This document shows positions 19,070-29,111 of a stretch of 32,000 nt of DNA, piece after piece. The notes beneath the pieces were generated by a model. The model was given only the letters and a program-made list of their open reading frames with translations, was not told the DNA's origin and searched no databases. This stretch comes from Synechocystis sp. PCC 6803 substr. PCC-P (GTDB lineage: Bacteria > Cyanobacteriota > Cyanobacteriia > Cyanobacteriales > Microcystaceae). How positions within the stretch are numbered: position 1 is the first letter of the stretch; each line of letters starts with the position of its first letter. The DNA is taken from assembly GCF_000284455.1 (NCBI RefSeq), contig NC_017039.1, forward strand, positions 1,350,001 to 1,382,000, in the 5' to 3' direction. A program made the position numbers and the translations under genes.

Positions 19070-19453
19070 ATGAAAACCGACAAAATTGGCTACCTTAATT
19101 CACTCAGTGAAGACACTGTTATTGATTGTGGTAATAACCATTCCTTTTACAAAATTAAAACTTTAATCGGTGAGTTTGTTAATTTCTTTAAAACTGTACC
19201 CTGGTGTAATAAAGATTATTTTTATAAAGCTTTTCAAGTTAGTCTGAAAGACCATAAATCAATCGATATTAAACCAGAAATTTTTACAGAAGAAGGTATA
19301 ATTGCTGAAATTATTGATCCTAAATTGGACAAACCGCTAAAGGGAAAATTTAGAATAATCTTTGCCCTGGAGTTTATCCCGGATGAGGTTCAAGATTCAG
19401 TTTCGGATTCTCCCCTCGATGAGATTCGTCGAGAAATAGAGCAAAGTAGCTGA
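19070..19453 (+). CDS. KGK-domain-type small protein, paralog 2
   Basis: 127 aa; LKGKFRIIFALEFIPDEVQDSVSDSPLDEIRREIEQSS. Confidence 0.75.
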   Translation: MKTDKIGYLNSLSEDTVIDCGNNHSFYKIKTLIGEFVNFFKTVPWCNKDYFYKAFQVSLKDHKSIDIKPEIFTEEGIIAEIIDPKLDKPLKGKFRIIFALEFIPDEVQDSVSDSPLDEIRREIEQSS

Positions 19454-19463
19454 GGACATTACC

Positions 19464-19760
19464 ATGGACAAAAGACAATTACTTAACCCTGAAGATGTAG
19501 TTTCAGTAACTGACTCCGACAAAATATGTATTAATCATAAAACTTTTACTGTTCAAGAATTACTAGGAGCCTTTTTGACAAAATGGTTCAATAGTGATAT
19601 AGGCAAAAGGTGGTTATTTGAAGGTACAGAGTGCCAATATCTTGCCCCCGGTAAGCTATGGAAAAAAGGAAAAATTAAAATAAGCCTTGAATTTATTCCC
19701 GATGAAGCGGAATCACCTCTCGATGAAATTCGTCGAGAAATGACCGAAAATCAATCTTAA
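19464..19760 (+). CDS. KGK-domain-type small protein, paralog 3
   Basis: 98 aa; LWKKGKIKISLEFIPDEAESPLDEIRREMTENQS. Confidence 0.75.
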   Translation: MDKRQLLNPEDVVSVTDSDKICINHKTFTVQELLGAFLTKWFNSDIGKRWLFEGTECQYLAPGKLWKKGKIKISLEFIPDEAESPLDEIRREMTENQS

Positions 19761-20119
19761 AAAATTTAGGGATAAAATCAGGGAGCTGAAATATTAAATA
19801 TTAACAAGTTGAGTTTAGAAATAGAGGTAACAGGCGTTTTTAAACTCTCAATTATGATTCACCATACTCCTGTAAAAAGCTGAGGAACTCGGCCGGGGCT
19901 AATCGGGCATCTGGGCCAGGGAGTCGGGCAATAAAGCCAGGATGGTTACCATGGCATTATTCTGGCTAACCCACAACAACCCTAATTATGGCGATCGCCT
20001 AGAATAGAAAACTGAAAGCGGTAATGGAGCCTGAAAATCCCTGATAGTTTTTCTCTGGGGATTGGTTTGCTGAAAAGAGCCTAATTTAATCATTTATTTT
20101 CAAATAATCTCGTTAAACT

Positions 20120-21313
20120 TTGCTAACTTCACTTTTTTTGCCCCTACGTCGTTGCTCCTCCGTTTTATGGGGGGGATTACTCCTCAGCACATTAATGTTA
20201 AGCAGTTGTGCACCGCCCGATCCCCTAGAACAAAAAAGTCAGCCCCCACCGCCCAAGGAAGAAAGTAGCCTCACCCTCAACAATGCCACCCTAGAGCAAG
20301 CCAATGCTAAAGGGCAAACTGTCTGGAAAATTCAGGTGGAGGAAGCTCGGTATAGCGTTGATGGGAAGAATGCCACCCTAGTGAACGTGAAAGGGGATTT
20401 TTACGAAAATGGCAAAGTGGTGCTCCAGGTGAAGGCGGATAAGGGAGAAATTATTGAAGACGGCAAAGCATTATTTCTACGGGAAAATATTGTTGCCCTT
20501 GACCCCCGTAATAAGGCAGTGTTGCGGGCCCAGGAAGTGGAGTGGCAAACGGAATCTAGCATTCTCACTGCTCGGCAAAATTTGAAAGGGGAACACCCTG
20601 ATTTGACCGTGACCGCCAAGGAAGGACGCTATGAAACCAAGGAAGAAAAGCTGATTGTGTCCGGCGATGTGGTGGCGGTGACAGAACACAATACCAAAGA
20701 CCAAAATCAACCCAAGGACCCCCGTCGCTTGGAACTCAAAACCGACAGAATTACCTGGGAAATTAAAAACAACCGGGTTTTTGGCGATCGCCCGTTGACC
20801 CTAGTGCGCTTTGTGGATAAAACTGCCACCGACGAAGTGAAAAGTAACCAAGCAGAATTGTTGCTGAAACAACAGTTGGTACATTTAGCAGGCTTAAATC
20901 AATTTAAATCCGTTGAACCGCCGTTGCAAATTGCCGCCGAACCCATTAGTTGGTCTTACCTAAACCGCTTTGTCTCCACCGATAATCCCATCACTATTGT
21001 GGATTATAAACAACAAATTACTGTGCGGGGTAACCGGGGAGCAGTCAATCTAGCCGACGGGATAGCTAAACTAGAGCAGGGCACTAATACTACGAGCCAG
21101 GAGCAACAATCCCAACTGTATGCCGATGAGTTAACTTACAATTTTGGTCCCCAAACGTTGCAGGCAAAAGGAAATATTATCTATGAACAACAAAAAGGAG
21201 TGAAATTTAACCTCACAGGGGATTTAGCCCAGGGATCTTTACCGGATAATAATGTGGTGGTAACTAGTACTAGCCCCGAAAGGGTAGTGACAGAGATTTT
21301 CCCCAATCAATAA
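20120..21313 (+). CDS. lptC: LPS export LptC-like lipoprotein
   Basis: 397 aa; lipobox LMLSSC; LptC/OstA-like beta repeats (VKGDFYENGKVVLQVKADKGEIIEDGKALFLRENIVALDPRNKAVLRAQEVEW). Confidence 0.75.
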   Translation: MLTSLFLPLRRCSSVLWGGLLLSTLMLSSCAPPDPLEQKSQPPPPKEESSLTLNNATLEQANAKGQTVWKIQVEEARYSVDGKNATLVNVKGDFYENGKVVLQVKADKGEIIEDGKALFLRENIVALDPRNKAVLRAQEVEWQTESSILTARQNLKGEHPDLTVTAKEGRYETKEEKLIVSGDVVAVTEHNTKDQNQPKDPRRLELKTDRITWEIKNNRVFGDRPLTLVRFVDKTATDEVKSNQAELLLKQQLVHLAGLNQFKSVEPPLQIAAEPISWSYLNRFVSTDNPITIVDYKQQITVRGNRGAVNLADGIAKLEQGTNTTSQEQQSQLYADELTYNFGPQTLQAKGNIIYEQQKGVKFNLTGDLAQGSLPDNNVVVTSTSPERVVTEIFPNQ

Positions 21314-21369
21314 AGCTAGTTATTAACTAAGCAAATTCGTAACGTTTACAACTCTAAGAGTCTGTTTTA

Positions 21370-21457
21370 AAAGCCCCTCTGGACGCCTAAATTTGGAAGA
21401 AAACTGAGTTAAAGTCCCCCATTATTGCCGGAGCTTTAGTGAGGAGATTTAGGGGGC
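21370..21457. repeat. Degenerate inverted repeat-rich intergenic element of the cyanobacterial AAAGTCCCCC...GATTTAGGGGGC type
   Basis: AAAGTCCCCC (21411-21420) and GATTTAGGGGGC (21446-21457), plus CTAAATTTGG at about 21387, in the lptC/mutS convergent gap. Confidence 0.35.
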
Positions 21458-21481
21458 AGAATGAAACTTTTCAAACACGTT

Positions 21482-24118
21482 CTAAAAGCCAAAAATATCT
21501 AACTGTTTAGCTTGATCTTCCGCTGCTTCAGCAGCCGCTTGACTAGCCATAACTTTACCCCGATTACCCTTACGTAAACCGACAGCAATTTTACTATGCT
21601 TTTCAATCTGGGCCATTACCTGGCGGGCCCTGGTAATCACTGAACTAGGCAATCCCGCTAAACGTCCCGCTTCAATGCCATAGGATTTATCGGCTCCCCC
21701 CGGTGTTACTTGGTGTAAAAAGATAATTTCCTCTGGCAATTCTTTCACCGTAACTTGAAAGTTAGCCACATTTTCCAGTAAAGAAGCCAACTCGTTTAAC
21801 TCATGGTAATGGGTAGCAAAAATTGTCCGGGCTTGGATTTCCCCCGCTAGATACTCCGCCACCGACCAGGCGATCGCCAAACCGTCAAAGGTGGCCGTGC
21901 CCCGGCCAATTTCATCCAGTAATACCAGGGATTTAGCCGTGGCATGGTTAAGAATATTGGCAGTTTCATTCATTTCCACCATAAAAGTAGACTGCCCCGT
22001 AGCTAGATCATCCACGGCCCCTACTCTGGTAAAAATACGGTCACAAATGCTCAGGGTCGCGGTTTTAGCAGGAATAAAGCTGCCGGTTTGGGCCATTAAC
22101 TGTATTAAGCCAACTTGACGCAAATAACAACTTTTGCCACTGGCGTTGGGCCCCGTCAAAATTACTAAATCAGGATGCCAATGGTCGTGGCCCAATTGGG
22201 TGTCGTTAGCAACAAAAAAACCTGCCCCAAGGGATTGTTCCACCACTGGATGGCGACCTGCTTCAATGTCAATTAAGCCTGGTTCCATTTGCATAATGGG
22301 ACGGCAATAACCCTGATAAACTGCCACTTCCGCTAGACCTGCCAACACATCGATCGCCGCTACGGCCTTGGCCACGTCCCGAATTGGTTGGGCTTTTTCT
22401 GCTACTGTGGCCCGCACTTCGGTAAAAATTTCATACTCCAATTGATTCAAGTCAGCTTGGGCGGTGAGAATACGGGTTTCCCGCTCTTTTAATTCCGGTG
22501 TAATGTATCTTTCTTCATTGACTAAAGTTTGTTTGCGAATGTAATTGTCTGGGGCCTGTTCCGATTTACTGCGGGGTAGACTTAAATAATAACCAAAGGC
22601 TTTGTTATAACCAACTTTTAAATTAGCAATACCAGTTTTTTCCCGCTCCGTTACTTCCAAATTAGCTAACCATTGATTATCATCTTCCAAACTTTGACGC
22701 ATTTCATCCAACGTCGGGTTAACACCACTACGAATTAAATTGCCTTCCCGAATATGTAAGGGGGGATTTTCCACAATGTGGGCTAACACATATTTGCCCA
22801 ATTCTTCCAACTCCGGCGGCACTGTCTGTAAGGCTTTTAAATAGGGGCTATGGCCTTCCTGAGCTAACTCAGCTAAATCCGTCAACCGCACCAAAGAAGA
22901 TGCTAAGCCATACACATCCCTAGCACTGGCGGTGTTGGCCCCAATTCGCCCCGTTAACCGTTCCAAATCGTAAATTTGCCGGAGCAATTGCCGCAAATCC
23001 TGACGCAAAGCGGGATGATGGTACAACTCTTGGATGGTGTCCTGGCGAGCTTGGATACCTTTGAGATCCAATAAAGGCTGCAATAACCAACGCCGCAAAG
23101 CCCGACTACCCATGGTGGTGCTGGTGCGATCTAAAGCCCACAGTAGGGAACCATGGAAACTACCATCCCGCACGGTTTGGTTAATTTCCAAGTTGCGTCG
23201 GGTTTGGTGATCCAAAACCAGAAAATCGGTTAAGCCATAGGTTTTTAATGGTTGAATGGGCACCACATGGGCTTTTTGGGTATCTTCGATATATTCCAAT
23301 AATCCCCCCGCCGCCCGGATTGCTAGGGGTAAACCTTCACAGCCCATGCCCTCCAAAGATTTAACTCGAAAAGTGGTTAGTAATCTCTGTTTTGCTTCCA
23401 CCAAGGAAAAGGGCGCTTGGGAACGGAGAGAATAACAAAAACTGGTGGGTAACTGTTTAGGAATATGCTCTGAAGGTTCCCCAGGGCGCAAAATATTGCG
23501 AATATCGGGGGCAGAGGTGGGTATCAATACTTCCGACGGTTGGAGTCGAAGTAATTCCACTGCTAGGTCATCCAAATTACTGGATTGGCACGTAAAAAAT
23601 TCCCCAGTGGAGATATCCGCATGGGCCAGGCCCCATTTATCCTCCACCATGGCGATCGCCGCCAGGAAATTATTCCGCTTGGCCGGAAGCATACTGTCAT
23701 CGGTCAAAGTGCCGGGGGTGAGTAACTTGGTCACCTGCCGTTCCACCATGCGTTTTTCTGCCTGGGCTTCCGCTGCATCCTCCACCTGGTCACAGATGGC
23801 CACCGCATAACCCTTTTCCACCAACTGCCGCGCATAGCGATCCAAGGCGTGGTGGGGTACCCCAGTCATGGCCACCCGGCCGATTTCCTTGCCCCCCTCT
23901 TTGCTAGTTAAAATCAGTTCCAATTCCCTAGCAATGATCACCGCATCCTGGAAAAAACACTCAAAAAAGTCCCCCACCCGGTAAAGCAACAAAGCCCCTT
24001 GATACTGTTCCTTAACCTCCGTGTAGTGCTGGAACATCGGCGTCAACTTCTGGCGATCGAGGGTGCGATAGTCCCGTTGGGGTTCTTTAACAGTGCCGAG
24101 GATCGGAGTATCAGTCAT
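21482..24118 (-). CDS. mutS: DNA mismatch repair protein MutS; ORF open to 24220, likely start ATG 24118
   Basis: [55 protein letters not shown]; Walker [16 protein letters not shown]; [25 protein letters not shown]; [25 protein letters not shown]; ATHYHEL. Confidence 0.95.
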   Translation of the reverse strand: MTDTPILGTVKEPQRDYRTLDRQKLTPMFQHYTEVKEQYQGALLLYRVGDFFECFFQDAVIIARELELILTSKEGGKEIGRVAMTGVPHHALDRYARQLVEKGYAVAICDQVEDAAEAQAEKRMVERQVTKLLTPGTLTDDSMLPAKRNNFLAAIAMVEDKWGLAHADISTGEFFTCQSSNLDDLAVELLRLQPSEVLIPTSAPDIRNILRPGEPSEHIPKQLPTSFCYSLRSQAPFSLVEAKQRLLTTFRVKSLEGMGCEGLPLAIRAAGGLLEYIEDTQKAHVVPIQPLKTYGLTDFLVLDHQTRRNLEINQTVRDGSFHGSLLWALDRTSTTMGSRALRRWLLQPLLDLKGIQARQDTIQELYHHPALRQDLRQLLRQIYDLERLTGRIGANTASARDVYGLASSLVRLTDLAELAQEGHSPYLKALQTVPPELEELGKYVLAHIVENPPLHIREGNLIRSGVNPTLDEMRQSLEDDNQWLANLEVTEREKTGIANLKVGYNKAFGYYLSLPRSKSEQAPDNYIRKQTLVNEERYITPELKERETRILTAQADLNQLEYEIFTEVRATVAEKAQPIRDVAKAVAAIDVLAGLAEVAVYQGYCRPIMQMEPGLIDIEAGRHPVVEQSLGAGFFVANDTQLGHDHWHPDLVILTGPNASGKSCYLRQVGLIQLMAQTGSFIPAKTATLSICDRIFTRVGAVDDLATGQSTFMVEMNETANILNHATAKSLVLLDEIGRGTATFDGLAIAWSVAEYLAGEIQARTIFATHYHELNELASLLENVANFQVTVKELPEEIIFLHQVTPGGADKSYGIEAGRLAGLPSSVITRARQVMAQIEKHSKIAVGLRKGNRGKVMASQAAAEAAEDQAKQLDIFGF

Positions 24119-24377
24119 GGAAAGGGAAAATTCTGTGGAGCAGCCTTTAATTGTATGAGATTTATCGAAAGCCATCATCAAACTAGTGCATTGATTAGTG
24201 CACTTAAGTCGGCAATCCATAGGAAAAAATATAGTAAATTTTTAGTAAAGTCTTGCCGTCATTGCAAAAGCACGTATTAGTATCGACGGGCGGTTTTATC
24301 GCCTTTTATTCTGTTACCATTACCATAAGAGTGTCTTCCTACGCAAATTTTATAGGATAAAAAAACACATAAGGCTT

Positions 24378-27300
24378 ATGGATTTTACTAAAATAAAGAG
24401 AATTGAAGAGAATTTAAACAGGCTTGAGGACTGTTCTGTTGATGAGTTAAAAGTTTTAACTGATGAACTGTTAGCTTCCATTTGTGAAACCTTAAATATT
24501 TCTCAGAGTTCTAACCTTATTTCAGCTTTATTTAATGAGCGAACAAGTACCAACCAAAAAAAACTAATAGCCGTATCTATGCTAAGAGCCTTATGCAGGA
24601 ATCAAAGCGTAGTTTGGAATCACAATAGTGTCACACTACGCAATAAAACATTTGATTTATTCGATGAGATTTTAGTGGATATTTATAAGCAGTTTCAGAT
24701 AGATATTAAATCAGATAAAGAAGAAAAAACATCAAAACTTCAAGAAATTGAAGGAAATTTAAATCGCAAGTTCTTTAATCTTGAACAATCAATTTGTGAC
24801 TTGAAGGATTTGGATAAATTCAAAAGCGACTTTATGCAATTTTTGTTTGCTGATAAAGTTAATAGCTTTATTTTTAGACAGTTTTCAGATGAAGATATCT
24901 TAAGTAAACCTAAAATACAATCACTATTTAAAATTCTTCAAGATTATCAAAAAAGCAATTCTGTTGAATCAAAAATCAACTATTATGACAATATAAAAAA
25001 TAGTTATCAGGAATTTATTGATCAATGTTCCAAACAATCAGAATTAGTTGAAACTTGTATTGGTAATTTTTTCAAGAGGCTACTTAATTTAGTTGATGAA
25101 GATTATACAAAGAGAGATGATATTGTTCCAACAATAATACGTGTAGAACTCATAAAGAAAAAATATCCTCTCCACATAAAAGACCAACTATTAAATATAG
25201 AAATTCAAGTGAATAATATAGGCAAAGGAAAAGCTTTTGATATTGAAGTTACTCTTGATGTAGATGATAGTTTATTGATGCTTTATGACCCTAAAATATA
25301 TATTGGAAATCTCGAGCCATTAGAATCTACACATCGGATATTTGAAGCCAAAATTCTTGTGCAGAAAAACAAAGAAAAACTAGAAGAAATTATCTTGGGT
25401 AGAGTTGATTGGTATAACTGCGACAAGACCAGGTGCCATGAAGAATTTAGTGGTGAGTTGCTTCCACAAAATACAGAACTAAACTGGGAAAAATTAAGTA
25501 AGGAAAAACCCTACAGTTTAGAGGCTATTTCTAAAGAAAACGATTTAATTGGTCGTTCAGAACAAATTAGACAGCTTGAAAATAAAATTTTCTCTGACGA
25601 ATTAGAATCTTCAATCATCTTTGGACAAAAGAGAGTTGGAAAAACATCAATTGCCAAAATCATTGAAAATAAGCTAAAAAAACATTCACTCTATACTGCA
25701 ATTTATATTTCAGTAGGTTCCCTTGATAAAAGTTCTCCCGAAAAATTCTTAAAATCTTTAGGGGAATATATTTATGAAGAAATCATTGATGATCAACCAT
25801 TCAATGAATATAAACTTCCAGGGTTTGAGTTTGAAGATTCAATTACACCTTTAGATAAATTATTTAGAAAAATACGAAAAATTGAACCCAATCACAAATT
25901 TGTGATTATTCTTGATGAGTTCGATGAAATTCCTTCTCAATTATACAAGCTGACGGATATCGGAGACAATTTTTTTCATAATATTAGAAGTTTAAGCAGT
26001 AACAATAATATTGGATTTATTTTAGTTGGCGGAGAGAATATGACGACAATCAATCAATCAACTGATAAATTAAATAAATTTGAATCCTTTCCAGTTGATT
26101 ATTTTGATAAAGGAAGATTTTGGAAAGACTTTCAAGACTTAGTATGCAAACCTGTTGAAGGAATAATAGAATTTACTGATAATGCAATATTAGAACTCTA
26201 TAAAATGACAGAAGGAAATCCATTTTTTACAAAATTAATATGTGGAAATATTTATAATATGGCTTGTGAAACCAGAAACGCTTATGTTTCTTATGAAGAA
26301 GTTACTAAAGCAATCTCAAAGAGTTTATCTTCCATTAATAGTAATAATGTTAATCATTTCTGGAAAGATGGAATTAAAGAAAGCGATCCAGTAGAAGTAG
26401 ACAAAATTGAAACTCAGAGACGAAAATTTTTAATTTCTTATGCTAGAGAAATTCGCTCAGGCAAGAACAGCTTCACAAAAGAAGTCGTTCTGAATAATAG
26501 CATATTAGACAAGACTGTAACAACAAAGGTATTTGAAAGTTTCGTCAATCGCAAAATTTTGATTGAGGAATCTGAAAACTATAGATTTAAGCCTTTATTC
26601 TTTGATAAATGGCTAACAAATGAAGGTTTTAACATCATTACATCTGAAGCTCTTGATGAGCAAGCTATTGAAGAATTAGAAAAAGAAGAGGACAGGGCTT
26701 ATGTTGAAGACACAGAAATTGTTGATTTATGTAAATCATGGGGAGAGATCGCAACATACAGAGCACAACAAATTACACCTCAACACATTCGCAGTTGGCT
26801 TGATCAATTTTCAAACAATATTGAAAAACGTCTTATGTTCATTCTATTGTTAAATTTAAAGTTTTATACACAAATAGAAGTTAGAGAAAAACTAGGAATC
26901 ATTCATAATGAGGTAAAAAAAGGATTGGTATACAAGCTTCCCAAAAATGCAAAAGGGGAAACAAAAACAAGAGAAGTTTTATTAAGTGCTTTTGGGAGTC
27001 CAACAAAAAGCGGTTCTACCTACTTAAGATTATATGCGACGGTAAATAATTTTTATCGTAGTAGTTCACATAATGTGTCTTTGTCTAAAATCAAAGAAGC
27101 TATTATCCAAGATAAAGAAATTCAAAGAATTGTTTTTATAGAAGATATAATTGGTTCTGGTCAATCAATCATTAGAGGGCTTGATACATTGAGTAATTTA
27201 TGTGGATCTCTGATAAAAGAACATAAAATTACAGTCTTTGTTGGTGCTATCTGTGGCTTTGAATCGGGCATAGAAAATATTGAAATAAAAGGAAATGAAT

Positions 27301-27572
27301 TACCTTTTAATGTCAAGGTATTTGTCTGCGATCATCTCACCGAACAAGATCAGTGTTTCAGTGAGAGTTCATCAATGTTTAATTCTTCTCAGGAAAGGAA
27401 TAAAGCAAAAGAAATTGCTTATACTTATGGCAGTAAACTTGTTAAAACAATGCCTTTAGGATACAAAGATAATCAGCTCCTAGTTTCTTTTTTTGAAACC
27501 TGTCCCAATAATAGCCTTCCCATATTATGGGCAGAGAAAAGTGATTGGAAAGCTATCTTTAGAAGAGACTGA
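24378..27572 (+). CDS. Large STAND-like P-loop NTPase fused to a C-terminal phosphoribosyltransferase-like domain; candidate conflict/defence gene
   Basis: 1064 aa; Walker A GQKRVGKTS at 25623-25649, Walker B FVIILDEFDE at 25899-25928, PRPP-loop-like IVFIEDIIGSGQSI at 27129-27170, terminal CPNNSLPILW...WKAIFRRD. Confidence 0.75.
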   Translation: MDFTKIKRIEENLNRLEDCSVDELKVLTDELLASICETLNISQSSNLISALFNERTSTNQKKLIAVSMLRALCRNQSVVWNHNSVTLRNKTFDLFDEILVDIYKQFQIDIKSDKEEKTSKLQEIEGNLNRKFFNLEQSICDLKDLDKFKSDFMQFLFADKVNSFIFRQFSDEDILSKPKIQSLFKILQDYQKSNSVESKINYYDNIKNSYQEFIDQCSKQSELVETCIGNFFKRLLNLVDEDYTKRDDIVPTIIRVELIKKKYPLHIKDQLLNIEIQVNNIGKGKAFDIEVTLDVDDSLLMLYDPKIYIGNLEPLESTHRIFEAKILVQKNKEKLEEIILGRVDWYNCDKTRCHEEFSGELLPQNTELNWEKLSKEKPYSLEAISKENDLIGRSEQIRQLENKIFSDELESSIIFGQKRVGKTSIAKIIENKLKKHSLYTAIYISVGSLDKSSPEKFLKSLGEYIYEEIIDDQPFNEYKLPGFEFEDSITPLDKLFRKIRKIEPNHKFVIILDEFDEIPSQLYKLTDIGDNFFHNIRSLSSNNNIGFILVGGENMTTINQSTDKLNKFESFPVDYFDKGRFWKDFQDLVCKPVEGIIEFTDNAILELYKMTEGNPFFTKLICGNIYNMACETRNAYVSYEEVTKAISKSLSSINSNNVNHFWKDGIKESDPVEVDKIETQRRKFLISYAREIRSGKNSFTKEVVLNNSILDKTVTTKVFESFVNRKILIEESENYRFKPLFFDKWLTNEGFNIITSEALDEQAIEELEKEEDRAYVEDTEIVDLCKSWGEIATYRAQQITPQHIRSWLDQFSNNIEKRLMFILLLNLKFYTQIEVREKLGIIHNEVKKGLVYKLPKNAKGETKTREVLLSAFGSPTKSGSTYLRLYATVNNFYRSSSHNVSLSKIKEAIIQDKEIQRIVFIEDIIGSGQSIIRGLDTLSNLCGSLIKEHKITVFVGAICGFESGIENIEIKGNELPFNVKVFVCDHLTEQDQCFSESSSMFNSSQERNKAKEIAYTYGSKLVKTMPLGYKDNQLLVSFFETCPNNSLPILWAEKSDWKAIFRRD

Positions 27573-27688
27573 TTTTTTATGATTATCGTTTTATCAAAAA
27601 TTGGGAATTATTGTTAATCATGTGCGTTTGTCGTGCGAGTATTTTACCAGCTATTTGCTAACCAAACCGCAAAAATCTAGATGATTGT

Positions 27689-28738
27689 CTAAACTCCCCT
27701 AAAGCCCACATTTGTATCCATTGCTTCCCGGGAATTTAAAGGCTTTGAAGCTTGCTTATCTTTTGCTGTTTTCAGATTATCAATAAAACTTAGTATTGCC
27801 CCCAACAACAACAAGATTCCGCCTAAATACTGAGCGTTTGTGGGCGTTTCCAGCAAGATTAGATAGGCAAAAATAATCGCCAAAATAGGAGTTACTAGAC
27901 TTGCTAAGTTAATTTGAATAAAACTTGCATTTTTGAGACCGGCTAACCAAGCCACTTGACCAACAACGACAATAATAGCACCATAAATTAACATCCATCG
28001 CCATAAAATGGGAGAAGAAACATCCATAAAATGGTCAAATCCGTAAATAATAACTGCTATCCAAAAAAACACAAAAGTTCCCAGCAAACTACGATAAACA
28101 GTAAAAATACCTACGGGAATAGATTGTAATTGTTGCTTACTCAAAATTGTTGTGATTGCTGAAATAAAAGCGGCGATCGCCACAAAGCTTTCCCCCAAGC
28201 CAAAATCGAAATTTATCACCATATCAAGGGGATCAGCAACCCCCCAAAAAACCGTAACAGCGACTCCGACAAAGGAAATCAAGGTCGCCACCATGCTTAA
28301 CCAATTAACTGATATTTTCAGTAATAAAATACTTAAAATTAAGGTAAAAACTGGTTCCAGCCGTCCAATTAAAACCACATTTGTTACATTAGTTTTTTCC
28401 AAAGCACTGAACATTAATCCAGGGGCGATCGCCCTTGACAAAATGGCTGTAACAGTCAAAAGGAACCAATCTTTTCGGGTTAATTTTCTTAATTTATGAA
28501 GTTGCCAATCAGGGTGAAAAATTAAGATCATCAAACCCAAGGCGCATAAATTACCAACAAAGAGGACATTACAGAAGGAAATAGGATTCCGACCGTTGAT
28601 CTCATACGTTTTACCCAATTCAATAATACGACTAGTTACAGGATTGGCAGCCGAAAAAATAACAACGGCAAGGGCAAGATAAATTGGACTATGAACTTGT
28701 TTGAGAAAAGTCTGAAAGCCAGAAAAAACATGTTTCAT
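27689..28738 (-). CDS. EamA/DMT-family transporter
   Basis: 349 aa; ten or so hydrophobic helices; GRLEPVFTLILSILLLKI and LASLVTPILAIIFAYLILLETPTNAQYLGGILLLLGA. Confidence 0.88.
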   Translation of the reverse strand: MKHVFSGFQTFLKQVHSPIYLALAVVIFSAANPVTSRIIELGKTYEINGRNPISFCNVLFVGNLCALGLMILIFHPDWQLHKLRKLTRKDWFLLTVTAILSRAIAPGLMFSALEKTNVTNVVLIGRLEPVFTLILSILLLKISVNWLSMVATLISFVGVAVTVFWGVADPLDMVINFDFGLGESFVAIAAFISAITTILSKQQLQSIPVGIFTVYRSLLGTFVFFWIAVIIYGFDHFMDVSSPILWRWMLIYGAIIVVVGQVAWLAGLKNASFIQINLASLVTPILAIIFAYLILLETPTNAQYLGGILLLLGAILSFIDNLKTAKDKQASKPLNSREAMDTNVGFRGV

Positions 28739-28741
28739 TTA

Positions 28742-29095
28742 CTATGCTGATTCCTTTTGATAGCCAATGTGGGGAGCCGAATAGATAGAAACAAAAACTG
28801 CATTTTCCCGACCATGGTTAATTGCTCCGTGGACTTGATTTTTCTCGGCGATCGCCACTTCTCCTTGGTGCAAAATTTGACTTTGCCCATCCCCCAAACA
28901 GTAAGTTAAAGTACCTTTGAGCATCACCCAAGTGTCCTGACCATCGGGATGGGAATGGGGCTGAACAATCTGCTGAGGTTGAACGCCCCAAACCGCAATA
29001 CTAGAGTTTTCTGTCTCGATTACCGACGTTACCGTTGCCCCTTGCTCAGAAAAACAAGCAATTTGCTCTAGGTCAAAAATTCGTTGGCTATCCAT
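28742..29095 (-). CDS. Cupin-domain protein; ORF open to 29149, likely start ATG 29095
   Basis: QPHSHPDGQDTWVMLKGTLTYCLGDGQSQILHQGEVAIAEKNQVHGAINHG is the cupin motif pair. Confidence 0.85.
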   Translation of the reverse strand: MDSQRIFDLEQIACFSEQGATVTSVIETENSSIAVWGVQPQQIVQPHSHPDGQDTWVMLKGTLTYCLGDGQSQILHQGEVAIAEKNQVHGAINHGRENAVFVSIYSAPHIGYQKESA

Positions 29096-29111
29096 TGCAA
29101 TAATCCTCTCT

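Noticed and set aside
19880-19975. Minus-strand peptide CHGNHPGFIARLPGPDARLAPAEFLSFLQEYGES*, looks like a C-terminal gene remnant
   Set aside because: Only about 32 residues open, with stop codons immediately upstream in frame; too short to support a call without homology data.
24119-24220. N-terminal extension of the mutS ORF ([20 protein letters not shown]...)
   Set aside because: Canonical MutS start MTDTPILG at 24118 follows; the extension is more likely upstream regulatory sequence.
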